DNA of 64,000 nt from Octopus vulgaris (GCA_951406725.2 OX597822.1:52142001-52206000); one strand, 5' to 3'; positions 27,852 to 42,450 are shown, counted from the stretch's first letter. Numbers and translations: made by a program. The notes: a model not told the origin generated them from the sequence alone.

Positions 27852-29762
27852 GTGTGCGTGTGCGTGCATGTGTGTGTGTGCGTGTGTGTGTATATATATA
27901 TTTATATGATAGGCTTCTTTCAGTTTCCGTCTACCAAATCCACTCACAAGGTTTTGGTCGGTCCGAGGCTAAAGTAGAAGACACTTACCCAAGGTGCCAC
28001 GGACTGAACTTGGAACCATGTGATTGGGAAGCAAGCTTTTTACCACACAGCCATGCCAGCGCCGTACGTATACAGCGAGAAATAAAACGGAGGCATAGAA
28101 TTATGGTGAAATGTGTAAATGAGTTTTATTAACGATGTGTCTCGAAATGATTGCAGTTAGAAACAATAGCTACTAAGACAAAGAAAAAACCCTTTGGAAG
28201 GAGAAAGGGTGGAAATCTATTACACGTTTCACGCATCTAAAACCCAACAAATGCTATTAATTACACTAAAACAAACTCTTGCCGTTATTCCATTAAACGA
28301 AGGGCTAAAATTTTAACAAGTTTACATTTAAAGCACAAATGTAGAAGCATTTTCACGTCCACACTTAGTTTTTAATACAAGATATTATTAGCAAACAAGC
28401 ATACCTGTGTTGTCAAAAATGTCGACGGTTTTATTAATGATAGAAAATGGTGCATCGAGACAATGAGAGAAACCATTGATAAATGCTAGCAATGGAATAA
28501 ATATATGTACATAAGCAGAACTGAAGCACTTGATCAATCAGATACGGTTGTAACATATCGGTTGAAAATATTATAATCCATGCAATATGAATATATATGA
28601 AACGTCCACGCTCGCATGGAACAGACAGATTTTGTATAGCCGAATGTCACCCCCGTCGCCAACCCTCATATGGAAGCAGGTGAGGATAGTCGATGGGAAA
28701 GGTATCCAAGCCTAGGCCTGATTATGTGGAAGGCTGAAAACGAAGAACATCTCTTGCATTAATGACACACAAAACCACTGCTCGAATTTAAGGCAAGGAG
28801 ACAGTAAAACTAACATATACAGTAAAACACACATACAGGGTGTGGTGAATATATTGTTGTTTAAATTATGCAAAAATGAAAATAACACCGACATCTCATT
28901 TTAACAGATATATTTACTAAAATTACATAAAAATATCTTGAAATACTAAAAAGTAAATTTATTCAATAAAATCGCCATTGGGATCAACCACAGCATCCAA
29001 ACTATTTCGGAATCTCCTGCAACTCTTCTGGACTGTCTCTTTCTTTAAGTTGGTGAATGTTGCCATAATCCTTGCTTTCAGTTCATCTTTGGTGTTACAA
29101 GGAGTTTTGTTAATCTCTCGCCCAACAGCGCCTCACACATAATAATCAAAGGGGTTGCAGTTTGGGGATTTAGGTGATCATATGTTAGTGGATAGAGAGG
29201 GTAGAAGAGCTGTGTATGTTAAAATGAAGAAAGAGGTCAAAGGAAAAGGTGAGAAAAGAAGAAGGAAAGAAATAGGACGAGAAGATGAAGACAAGATGAG
29301 AAAATGAAAAAAAGAAGAGAAAATGAAAAAGTGTAAGGAAGTGAAAAAAGTGAAAGGAGTGTTAGATGGTGGTCAAGATATTATGAGGGGGGAATGGGAG
29401 AGGAGTAGGGGAGGGTAAGAAGTGATAAGAATGAATGTAGTGAATATGTGTGAGGTGGAGTGATATGTTACAATGGTGTTAAGGAATGGGTACAGAAAAA
29501 GATATAGGAGGAGGGTTTCTAAAGTCAGTAGTAAACCACAAATTGGAAGGGAAGAATACTAAGACTGGTCAAGTTTCTATAAATAGATTTATATGCTTAT
29601 TCAACTGGCTAATGTTATAGTATGGAGAGAGGAATCAGAGAGAAGGAAAGAGAGAAGTGTATATCGATATACGCACGCACACATGCACATGTATGTGTGT
29701 GTGAAATGCATTATTATATAGACTTGCGTACTAGTGTATTTAAACCTGTATGCATGCATGCA

Positions 29763-29794
<32 letters not shown>

Positions 29795-31783
29795 CATACA
29801 CACAGATACATATACGCGTACAAATATATACGCACATACGTATACATACAGATGCCCATACAAACATACATGCACATCCATACACATATATATATGCGCA
29901 CACACGCATACCCCTAAATACATGCATAAACGCATACACGTGCGCACATATACACGCCTACATGCACGTGTACATACATATTAGAATTTACAAACCACGG
30001 ACAGGAAGCATTTCAACCACTTTCCTTGGATAATGGAACTGTAACTATAACATCTTTATACATTTTTATTTTTATCTCTACATTCTATTTCCCTATATAC
30101 TCCTTATTTGCTTCCTTTTCCAAAATAACTCCTCATATTGAACTCTAATATTTCCCTCTATTTAAAGGTGGCGAGCTGGCAGAAACGTTAGCACGTCGGG
30201 GTGAAATGCGTAGCCGTATTTCGTCTGCCGTTACGTTCGGAGTTCAAATTCTGCCGAGGTCGACTTTGCCTTTCATCCGTTCGGGTCGATTAAATAAGTG
30301 CCAGTGACGCACTGGGTTCGATGTAATCGACTTCATCTGTTTGTCTGTCCTTGTTTGTCCTCTCTGTGTTTAACCCCTTGTGGGCTGTAAAGAAATAAGT
30401 ATTTCGTCTGCCGCTACGTTCTGAGAAAACATTTATTCCCTCTCTCTCCCTCTCACACAAAAAAGAAACCGAAGTGTGTTTGCGCGCGAAAGATTTTTGT
30501 TTTCTTTTTCTAAAACACTGGTATAAAACTGAAAATATTTAGTGGAGAAAAAGTGTGTATTTTGTTGGGATTAATTAATGATTTGACAGCAAAGAAGTAA
30601 GTAGTACTTTGTAGGTAAATTTTTACCTGTCTACTTATACAGACACACACGCCATATATACATATATATATGCATTCATTACGACTTCACAAAAAATATT
30701 TTCAGCATAAAATACACACAATATACATGTGAACATATTAATCCACATTCTCTATTTATTGAATAACGAACCAAGTAATCCGCACTCTGGAAAACGTATT
30801 TTTGTAAAATGTTGAGAGTGGTGGGGTAAAATTTCCGTGTGTTCCACGCCCCACCCTCTGTTTTCCGGACCAAAAAAGGGTTTTGTGGCATATTAGGAGG
30901 TCACCGTAATTCATTCAACGAAAAAAGAACATCCAATGATTCCAAGATTGAGGATCCGGCTTCTCTCCCCATCTTTTTTCCGAAAAAAATCATGGGGTTT
31001 TCTGCATATTAGGAGGTCAGAGTACTTGATTCCATGAAAAAAATTCGAATTTCTTTTTTTCTTAGTGAAAATCGTGCGGGTGTACTTCCCAATGAGAACG
31101 GGGAGGTGAAATTTCCAAGGGTTCCACCCCGTTTTCCGGACCAAAAAAGCATTTTGTGGCATATTAGGTCACTGCAATTCATTCAACGAAAATATAAAAT
31201 ATTCCAACGATTCCGGAATGGATGGGGTCCAGTTTTGCCCACCCCTTTTTTCCGATTTCACTTAATTCCATGCGAATAATCCGATTTTTCTTTTCTTAGT
31301 GAAACTCGTGAGGGTGAAAGTATCGAAATTTAACCAAATTTTGGAAGAACGACAATAGGTAACCTAGCAATTCATTGTTGAACATTGGAATTAGTGCGAT
31401 ATTTACCAGTTTATTGATTTTGCTCAAATTCTCTAAAAATATTAGTTTCAAACTTTGGCACAAGGCCAACAATTTCGGAGAAGGGGTTAAGTCGATAACA
31501 TCGAACTCAGTACTCAACGGGTACTTATTTTATCAACCCCGAAAGGATGAAAGGCAAAGTGGACATCGGTGGAATTTGAACTCAGAACATGAAGACGAAA
31601 TGTCGCCAACCATTTTCCCTGGCGTAAACATCGTGTCTATTCCTTAGAACAAGGAAGCAGTCCGCGAAAAGTTCTTAAAATAAAAGTTTAATTGAAGTTA
31701 ACTTTCTTTGTGTATTTCCTAATGGCCAGTTTCAGCACACAATCTCAGATCAAAGCAATATATAGGCAAGTACACATGTAAAT

Positions 31784-31844
<61 letters not shown>

Positions 31845-32889
31845 GTATGCAGTTCTGGGTTAGCTCCCAGATATGGAGCGTGAATGTTATGACTATAGTC
31901 GAAATGTCTCCCAACGAACCATTTGCTTTAAAATAAAATTTACTTATTTGTCACCCCAGAAAATAGCTTCATACGGAACTAGGAACTAGTATATATTGAT
32001 ATGTGTACTTTATGAAAATTACAAAGGGTATATTAGTTTAACCCCTTCTTTTTTCGATATTCATATTTAAACACACTAAGGCGGCGAGCTGGCAGAGACG
32101 TTAGCACGCCGGCCGAAATGCGTAGCCGTATTTCATTTGCCGTTACGTTCTGAGTTCAAATTCCGCCGAGGTAAACTTTGCCTTTCATCCTTTCGGGGTC
32201 GATAAATTAAGTGCCTGTTACGCACTAAGGTCGATGTAAACGACTTAATCACTTTGTTTGTCTTTGTTTGTCCCCTCTGTGTTTAACCCCTTGTGGGCAA
32301 TAAAGAAATAGGTATTTCGCCTGCCGCTACGTTCTGAGTTCAAATTCCGCTGAGGTCGACTTTGCCTTTCATCCTTTCGGGGTCGATTAAATAAGTACCA
32401 GTTACGCACTGAGGTCTATGTAATCGACTTAATCCCTTTGTTTGTCCTTGTTTGTCCCCACTATGTTTAGCCCCTTGTGGACAATAAAGAAATAAGGAAA
32501 TTTAGCACGCAGGGTAAAATGATTATCGACATTTGATCCGTCTTTACTTTCTGGGTTCAAATTTCGCAGGGATCGACTTTACCTTTCATCCTTTCGGCGT
32601 CGATAAAACAAGTACCAGTTGAACACTGCAGTTGTAAAATTTATTTGCAAACAACCTATTTGTTGATGACTTCCTTTGCCTGAAGTCCTCACTTTTGAGA
32701 TTGTTGACATTTGTTAACGATAAGAAGCTTGCTTCTCAACCACATGGTTCCGGGTTCAGTCCCACTGCGAAGCACCTTGGACAACTGTCAACTACTATAG
32801 CCTCGGGCTGACCAAAGCCTTGTAAATGGATTTGGTAATTTTGTAGACGGAAATTGAAAGGTTCCGTTGTATATATATATATATATATA

Positions 32890-35729
32890 CCGACAGGAAA
32901 GAAAGGAGTCATGGAGGTGTTGCTATGTACATCCGTGAGGACCTCACACCCCAGGTCCTCTTGTCATACTCAAACTCGGTGTGTGACACACTAATTGTAC
33001 ATATTAGGCAACTTGATGTAGTTGTGTGTGCTACATATCGCCCTCCAGATGCCCCAAGCCATGTGGGCAAGTTTGAAGACTGCCTTATAAAAATAGAAGA
33101 AATTCTAACCACATTAGAACAACACATAGGTGTGCTTCTTATGGGAGACTTCAATCTGCCCAATGTCAGATGGCCCGAGGGCCTTTCTCTCCCAGGAATG
33201 ACAAGATGTGAACGAGGACAGGCGAAGTCCCTCCTGAACCTCATCAACACCCTGTACATGGAGCAGGTAATACTCCAACCAACCAGGGCAGGTAACACAC
33301 TGGATCTCTGCTTCACAAATGACATGGATCTCATCCATAATGTGAAAGTGACACCGACACTACTCTCGGATCACAACATGATAGAGCTGACCATGTACGG
33401 GCCAAAAGAGAGCACGGACATGCAGCCTACAAGAAACCCTCAAAATCTTTCCAGCTTGAACTACCATAAGGCAAACTGGAAACAAATTGAGAAAGAGATC
33501 CTCAAACAAAACTGGCCTAAATGTCTCTCCTCGCCAGACATCGACGTGAAACTTCAACAATTCATGTCTGTAATGCAAGCCATATGCTACAAATGTGTCC
33601 CAGAGAGAAAGGCCACTGTACACAAGAACAAAATCCCCAGAGAGAGGAAAATTTTAATGAGACGGCGTACGAAATTTTCAAATCGCCTAAACAAACAGAT
33701 TGAAAGCAGTGAAAAGTCCCGCCTAAAAATAAAACTGTTGGAAATCGAAAAATGTCTGCAACTCTCCCATGAAAAAGAAAGAGCAGACAAAGAAGCCTGG
33801 GCTATAGAAAACATAAAATCTAACCCCAGAGCTTTCTACAGGTATGCCAAAGAAACAGCTACAGTGCACTGTAGAATAGGGCCACTCCTCGAAAAGGATG
33901 GCACACTTACAGGAAAACCAATGAGGGTAAGTGAAATACTGAATGAGCAATTCAAGAGTGTTTTCACTCCACCCCTTGGGCATCTCCAAATCATCAGAGG
34001 CGGCGACGATAGATTACATCGATATAAAGGAAGACGATGTAACCAAGGCTATAGATGAAATGAAAACAGACTCAGCTACTGGCCCCGATGGATTCCCGGC
34101 AATCCTCCTAAAAGCATGTAAGAGAGTCCTAGCAAGACCACTGCAGTTCCTCTTTCAGAGCTTCCTTGCAGCTGGCAAACTTCCAGGAAAACTGAAGGAA
34201 GGTAAAATATGCCCCATTCATAAAGGAGGTAGCAGAGCGGAAGCCAAGAACTATAGACCTATCTCTCTGACCTCACACATCAGCAAGGTCATGGAACGAA
34301 TAGTCAGAAGGAAGCTGATCACCTTCCTTGAAGAGAATGACTTGCTGCCCGACACCCAACATGGTTTCCGACCAGGAGAAGCTGTTTAACTCAGCTCCTA
34401 CAACACTATGACTGGGTGCTGAAACGGCTGCTCAACCACTCAAATGTGGAAGTGATATATCTCGACTTTGCAAAGGCCTTTGATAAAGTCGATCATGGAA
34501 TGATATGTCACAAACTGCGTGATCTCAACATAGTTGGAAAACTGGGAGAATGGCTTCATGACTTTCTGAAGGATAGAAGTCAGGTGGTAGTAGCCAATGG
34601 GGCCACCTCCATTAACACACAAATAGTGAGCGGTGTTCCGCAGGGCACTGTTCTGGGACCACTACTGTTCATAATGGCCCTCTCAGACATGCCCTCAGCC
34701 ACGCAGAGAGCCACGATCACAAGTTATGCAGATGATACAAAAGTTTCACAAGCAATACAGAACCCTGAGGACATTAAACACCTGCAATGTGAGCTGGACG
34801 AAATATACAAGTGGGCTGAAAAGAATAGCATGCAGTTCAATGCTGGAAAGTTTCAAGCTTTATACTATCAGCATGCAAAACTGAATGCAATACCCAATGA
34901 ATACACTGGACCCGGAGGGATTGCAATCCCAGAGGCACAATCAGTGCGTGACCTGGGTATTCACATGAGTGATGACGCGACCTTTCATGTACATGTTGCT
35001 AAACTGACAATGAAATGTAGACGGCTGGCTGGCTGGATTCTTAGAACCTTTAGAACAAGAGAACAAGAAACCATGATGGTCCTCTGGAAGACACTTGTCC
35101 TAAGCCACTTTGACTATTGCTCTCAGCTATGGTCACCATCCAGTGTCAAGTTGATCACAGAACTTGAGGCGATCCAACGAAGCTACACAAAGAAGATAGC
35201 CTCTATGCAGAATGTAAGCTACTGGGAAAGACTCAAGAGATTAAAATTATATTGCCTGGAGCGTAGGCGGGAAAGATATGCCATAATATACATCTGGAAG
35301 ATCCTGGAGTGAAGTGTCCTGAACTTTGGCATCGAGAGTTACGCAAATGCCAGAACTGGGCGCCACTGCGTGGTGCCTAGGACTCCAAACCTGCCATCAA
35401 GATGTAGGACAAGATTCTGTGATAGCCTGGGCTTCCGAGGCCCACAGCTCTTCAATATCCTCCCGAAGAACCTGAGAGACCTGCATGGGGTGGATACAGA
35501 TGTCTTTAAAATGAAGCTGGATCTCTTCCTGTCAGGTGTCCCAGATGAACCAACTTCACGGCAGGAGGGGCAGATGAGGGCAGCTGCATCGAACTCTCTC
35601 ATGCACCAAATAGCAGTTGCTAGAAAGCCTCCATGAAGTGAAACCAAGTAGCAACACCAAATGGCGGTGCCCCAGCATGGCCACAGCTCATAAGCTGAAA
35701 CTAGAATCAATCAATCAATCAATCAATCA

Positions 35730-35732
<3 letters not shown>
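32890..35732 (+). mobile_element. CR1-like LINE ORF2 (APE endonuclease + RT), 5'-truncated and pseudogenised, with (AATC)n tail
   Basis: GGVAMY, YRPP, GDFN, LDL and SDH endonuclease motifs. GPDG, YRPISL, DFAKAFD, GVPQG and YADD RT motifs. Frameshifts at ~33985 and ~34377, stop at 35310. Inserted in (TA)n. Confidence 0.93.
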
Positions 35733-35817
<85 letters not shown>

Positions 35818-37016
35818 TGTATGTGTGTGTGCGTGTGTGTGTGCTAGCAGTATAGCCCGGCGTTGCTCGGGTTTGTTTTTTAGTTGCGCTTAAAACAGCA
35901 GACTTTGATGTCGCGTTAACAAAGTTTTGCCATAGTTTCAATCTATGAATAAAGGTATAGTGTGGCGATCCTCGAGTTTGCCCTGAATGTACTGCAAATG
36001 TGTAATGCCGACTTCAATTGTTGGTACTGTTAGTTAATATTCCTACTATTAACATTATGGAGAAAACAATTTACCCGTAGATTTAAAGCAAAATGAAGCT
36101 CAAGTTTCGAACTGCACAGAAAATCTATTAAGAAGTTAACACTGCAACAGTATTCATTAAGAAAAAGTACACAGCAGTAAAAAAATCGTAGAACATAGGG
36201 CTTTTCATAGAAAAAAAAGCACCTTTGTGATGTAAATAATTTTGGTCTTAACATGGTTCGATTTAATTTTTTTCTTCTACGGAATGAAGAGCAAGCCTTC
36301 TATCATACTCTCAGTTTTGGTCAACTTGCGTCGCAGGGGCTCGGAGGAGATAGTGTTAGTTGAAGGCTACCAAACCTGCCACACACACACACACAGCTTC
36401 AGCTTTATAGATATAGATTCATTCAGAAACACAGTTAATATAAGGCAATGCATAGTATAGTCGTTGATGAAATATGGTTACAGCACTTCGAGATAGACAA
36501 CGTTCTTTGTTCTTTCAGATGGAGCCAAAGCAAATAGGTTGTTCTGACTACCGACTCGGGAACATCCAACGTATAATTGTCCATGTGAGAAACATGGCTC
36601 CTGCAAGTGAAGCCCTGCCACGGATAATGTCTGACCCTGTGGTTTGTTTATGGACATGGCAAATACAACACGTAGGGGAAACTGTGTCCTTCTGAAACAG
36701 TAGGGTGCATCAGCTCCTGATGTCGTAAGTGTAATCTTAGTTATTAAAACGTCCTCTCTCTTTCCAGAACCGGAAAGGATTTTGTAGACAAATTATTAAC
36801 ATTAGTTATCTCCCTTGCACTGTGTTGAAGCTCAAGTTTCAAACTGCACTGATTTTTGATGTAATTAATTTTTGGTCTTAACATGGTCCGGAATGAAGAA
36901 CAAGCCTTCATCTATCATACTCTCAATTTTGGTCAACTTGCGCCGCAGGGTCTCGGAGGAGATAGTGTTAGTTGAAGGCTACCAAACCTTCCACACACAC
37001 AACTTCAGCTTTATAG

Positions 37017-37048
<32 letters not shown>

Positions 37049-37944
37049 TTGTCTGCATCCCCCCTCGCCATCGCTTGACAACCGATGCTAGTGCATTTAT
37101 GTCCCCGTAACTTAGCGGTTCGGCAATTTCTATTGCCGATAGAATAAGTACTAGGCTTACAAAGAATAAGTTCTGGGGTAGATTTCTTCGACTAAAACCC
37201 TTTATGTCAGTGTTCTAGCATGGCCATAGTCAAATGACTGAAACAAGTAAAAGAATTTTTAAAAATTAAACATTACCATAATTCACCAAGAATTATTTGG
37301 TATAAATATAAATTTATAATCAGTCTAAAGAAGCTACAGGTTTTGAAGCAGTTGTCTACAAATATTCCCTTTGGAAGAGATGTTCATCAATGCAGGGTCG
37401 TTGACCGGCATGAAAGTTTAAGAAAGTTTTTCTCCCGCAGCTCAGTGGTTAGGGTGTCAGCATCATGATCGTAAAGTTGTAGTTTCGATTCCTGGACCGG
37501 ACGACTCGTTGTGTTCTTCATTTCACATTGCTCCAGTCCACTCAGCTGGCAAAAATGAGTAACGCTGCGATGGGCTGGCGTCCCGTACAGCTGGGGAACA
37601 CATATGCCATAGAAACCGGGAAACCGGGCCCATGAGCCTGGCTAGGCTTTAAGAGGGCGCATTTATTTATTTTTTATATAATTATATCAAATCTTTTACG
37701 TTTGCATTTTCGCGGCTGAGTTGAAATTTTGTTTATATTGGAAATAGATTAGAAATACTAAAATGCAAATAAGAAATAACTCAGCCTAAAAGTTAAATGG
37801 ATAACTCGGTTGACTATCATTCTAATGAAAAAAATTAAATTTATAGATTAAACAACGAAATTGTGGTAGATATATGTTTTATTTTAAAAAAGTATATTTG
37901 AGGTATCACAATTATTGAAATTATCAAAATAAATTAATAGTTCT

Positions 37945-37962
37945 TCATCCGTACTGTTGTTT
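37945..37962 (-). CDS. Gene copy 2, predicted terminal coding exon (KQQYG*)
   Basis: ttgcag|AAA CAA CAG TAC GGA TGA. Confidence 0.65.
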   Translation of the reverse strand, partial: KQQYG

Positions 37963-38557
37963 CTGCAATAAAATAAATTTGCAAGAAATTAATATATTTA
38001 TCGGACTGGATATACACATTGTATTTCAAATTTAGTATGACTAAGTACAATACAAAATTTAAATTTGAACAATTATACATTATAGATTAAATATCACATG
38101 ATTATACAAAGTATTAAAAATTCATCAGATCCCCAGATTTTAAAGCCCAATTCACACTCTCATAAGCTATATCCTGAAATATCCTGTATATAGAATACTT
38201 CACAAATGTATCTCCAAAGAGTCTGTATCAATATTTAAACAGTTGAAAAATAAATATTTCTTAAATAAACATAAATATTTCTAACATTAAGAGCAATGTC
38301 GTGCAAATTTTACATAAGTGTCAATAACATTAAATTGAAAATTGTAAGTCAACCATTTCTTCCATATATATTATTGAATGTATGCATATATATGAAAAAA
38401 CTTAGAAGAGAAAAGTTTGTATGCTAAATATCATCTAATTGCTGGGTGATTATTTTCTGTTTAATATGAGAAATAAAATAGGGGTTGCAAAGGGTAAAGG
38501 ATGGATTAAATTAGTTACGTTAGGGACAGTAAAACACTAATAAAACACTTTACTCAC

Positions 38558-41500
38558 CAGACGATAGCAGTCATACTTGGTACACTTGACCTTCCCAATC
38601 GAACATCGACAAACATTGCACTTATCTTGACTCATGAACATTTCTCCATCTTTGTAAAATTTTCCATAATACTGGCATGTTGTCGGGGGGCAGTACATTT
38701 TAGTACAGCTTATTTGACCAAACTGTCCACATCTACAAGTATTGCAGGCATCTTTAAATGTTTCACCGACAGAATAAGTTGTTCCTTTATGTATACAGGA
38801 CTTACTGCATGGTTTTTGCTCACAATCGACTTTCCCATCGGAGTTGCACTGACATTTGTTGCAATCATTATACCATACAGAACCAATTTCATAAATTTTA
38901 CCGTTGTAATTACAGGAACAAGGTAATTCAGTGCAGCTAACCGCACCATTATATTGACAAGTACAAGTATTGCAGCCATCTTTGAATTGATTTCCGAAAT
39001 TATAAACCTTATTTTTATAAGTACAGGTACATGGGTTTGTTGTGCAGTCTACTGTCCCATCGGTTTTGCATGTGCACGTATTACAGTCCTTTCTAAATGT
39101 CTGACCTACTTTATATATCTGGTTGTTGTACTTACATTCACAAACATTGGTTGTACATCGGACAAATCCAGTTGCTAAACATTCGCATTGATTGCAACCG
39201 TCCGAATATCTATTACCAATTCCATAAGTTTGTCCTTTATAAGTACAGATGCAGGGGTTGTTTGTACAATCAACTTGTCCGTTATTTTTACATTTGCAAG
39301 TATTACAATCATCCTTGAACTCTGCTCCGAAATCATAAACATTATTTTTATAAGTACAGGTACATGGGTTTGTTGTGCAGTCTACTGTCCCATCGGCTTT
39401 GCAAGTGCACGTATTACAGCCCTTTCTAAATGTCTGACTTACATTATATATCTGGTTGTAGTATATACATTCACAAACCTTGGTTGGACATCGGACATAT
39501 CCAGTTGCTAAACATTCGCATTCATAGCAACCGTCCGAAAATCTAATACCAGATGGATAAGTTTGTCCTTTATAAGTACAGCGGCAGGGGTTGTTTGTAC
39601 AATCAACTTGTCCGTTATTTTTACATTTGCAAGTATTACAATCATCCTTGATCTCTGCTCCGAAATTATAAACATTATTTTTATAAGTACAGGGACATGG
39701 GTTTGTTGTGCAGTCTACAGTCCCATCGGCTTTGCATGTGCACGTATTACAGCCCTGTTTAAATGTTTCTCCTACTTTATATATCTGGTTGTTGTACTTA
39801 CATTCACAAACATCGGCTAAACATATGACAGATCCAGTTGCTAAACATTCGCATTGAGTGCAACCCATCGAAAATTTAGTACCAATTTCATAAGTTTGTC
39901 CATTATAAGTACAGCGGCAGGGTTTGTTTGTACAATCAACTTGTCCGTTATTTTTACATTTGCAAGTATTACAATCATCCTTGAACTCTGCTCCGAAATC
40001 ATAAACATTATATTTATAAGTACAGGTACATGGGTTTGTTGTGCAGTCTACAGTCCCATCGGCTTTGCATGTGCACGTATTACAGCCCTGTTTAAATGTT
40101 TCTCCTACTTTATATATCTGGTTGTTGTAATTACATTGACAAACGTTGGTTGTACATCGGACAAATCCAGTTGCTAAACATTCGCATTGATTGCAGCGGT
40201 CCGAAAATTTATTACCAATTCCATAAGTTTGTCCTTTATGAGTACAGCGGCAGGGTTTGTTTGTACAATCAACTTGTCCGTTATTTTTACATTTGCAAGT
40301 ATTACAATCATCCTTGAACTCTGCTCCGAAATCATAAACATTATATTTATAAGTACAGGTACATGGGTTTGTTGTGCAGTCTACTGACCCATCGTCTTTG
40401 CATGTGCACGTATTACAGTCCTTTCTAAATGTATTACCTATGTTGTACTTGATTCCATTGTAAACACAGTAACACGGCTTATTTGTACAGCTTACTCTAC
40501 CTTTCGGTTCACACCTGCATGTATTACAGCCCTGTTTAAATGTTTCTCCTACTTTATATATCTGGTTGTTGTACTTACATTCACAAAGATCGGTTGAACA
40601 TCGGACATATCCAGTTGCTAAACATTCGCATTGATTGCAACCGTCCGAAAATCTATTACCAATTCCATAAGTTTGTCCTTTATGAGTACAGCGGCAGGGT
40701 TTGTTTGTACAATCAACTTGTCCGTTATTTTTACATTTGCAAGTATTACAACCATCCTTGAACTCTGCTCCGAAATTATAAACATTATTTTTATAAGTAC
40801 AGGGACATGGGTTTGTTGTGCAGTCTACTGTCCCATCGGCTTTGCATGTGCACGTATTACAGTCCTTTCTAAATGTATTACCCATGTCGTACTTGATTCC
40901 ATTGTAAACACAGTAACACGGCTTATTTGTACACCTTACTATACCGAACGATCCACATATGCATGTATTACAGCCCTGTGTAAATACTTCACCTGATTTA
41001 TATATCTGGTTGTTGTACTTACATTCACAAACATCGGCTAAACATTTGACATATCCAGTTGCTAAACATTCGCATTGAGTGCAACCCATCGAAAATTTAG
41101 TACCAATTCCATAAGTTTGTCCTTTATAAGTACAGCGGCAGGGTCTGTTTGTACAATCAACTTGTCCGTTATTTTTACATCTGCAAGTATTACAATCATC
41201 CTTGAACTCTGCTCCGAAATTATAAACATTATATTTATAAGTACAGGTACATGACATTTTTGTGCAGTCTACTGTCCCATCGGCTTTGCATGTGCACGTA
41301 TTACAGTCCTTTTTAAATGTAGTCCCTATTTCGTAGGTGTTTCCATTGTATATACACTTACATGGTTTGTTAGAGCACTGCACAATACCGCTTCTTAAAC
41401 ATTCACATTGGTTACAATCATTACTGAATGTTTGTCCAACTCGGTATGTCTGTCCTTGATAAGTACATTGACAAATTTTCTTTGTACATTCTAACTGACC

Positions 41501-42156
41501 GTTGTCTCTACAATAGCAAATGTTACAATCCCCTTCAAATTTCTGGCCCACACTTAATACTCTTCCTCTGAAGTAACACTTACAAATTTTGCTAGTACAT
41601 TTAACCTGACCATTGTTCAAACATTCGCAAGTATTGCAATCATCAGTGAAGGTTTGGCCGATTTGATATTGTACATTTTTATAAGGACATCCACATCTAT
41701 CACTGTTACACTGCACTATTCCTGTAGTTTGACAAGTGCAAGTCTTACAGCCATCGTTAAAACTCTCTCCAATATTGTAGTCTTTACCATTGTATTGGCA
41801 CTGACACACTTTAGTGGTACACTGAACATATCCAGAAGAAAGACATTTACATTTATTACAGTTGTCATTGAATTCTTCACCTTCTTGGTACTGCTTTTCT
41901 TTATAAGTACATCGTTTAGGACAGTCTTTGTTGTCACATTTTATCTGGCCATCATAGTTGCATTTACATGTATTACAAGACTGCTGGAATGTCTGTCCTA
42001 CTCTGTAACGTCTGCCTTGATACGTACATGAAGACCCCTTCCCATAACCACAACGTAAATTTGAACAAATTGCTTTGTTATTTGTGTCACATACACACGT
42101 GTTGCAGTCGATCTTAAATACTCCTGTATACTTCTTTCCATTATATGTACATTCGT
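38558..42156 (-). CDS. Gene copy 2, giant exon: 32 six-Cys modules
   Basis: 3599-nt open exon with the same splice sites (ctttacag|AC and CTG|gtgagt). Exactly 444 nt shorter than copy 1. Confidence 0.93.
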
Positions 42157-42450
42157 CTGTAAAGAAGAGAAACAATAATTATTTCAATCAACAACTACAA
42201 TGTTCCTGAAAGAAGAACATGTTATATATTCTAGCGTAAGTATGTGATTATGATATATCTATAAATTCTCAAAGAATAATATCGAGCGACATTATTCTTT
42301 AGAAATGGTTGGAATGTACAGCCCGAAATATACAGATACTTTGCAGTATGTATCCGAAAACCAGTTTTCAGATATCGTGATGATGAGAACTTTATTGTTA
42401 TGTTGACGCACACACATACAGGCTAATAAAACACGCATAACTATACATAC

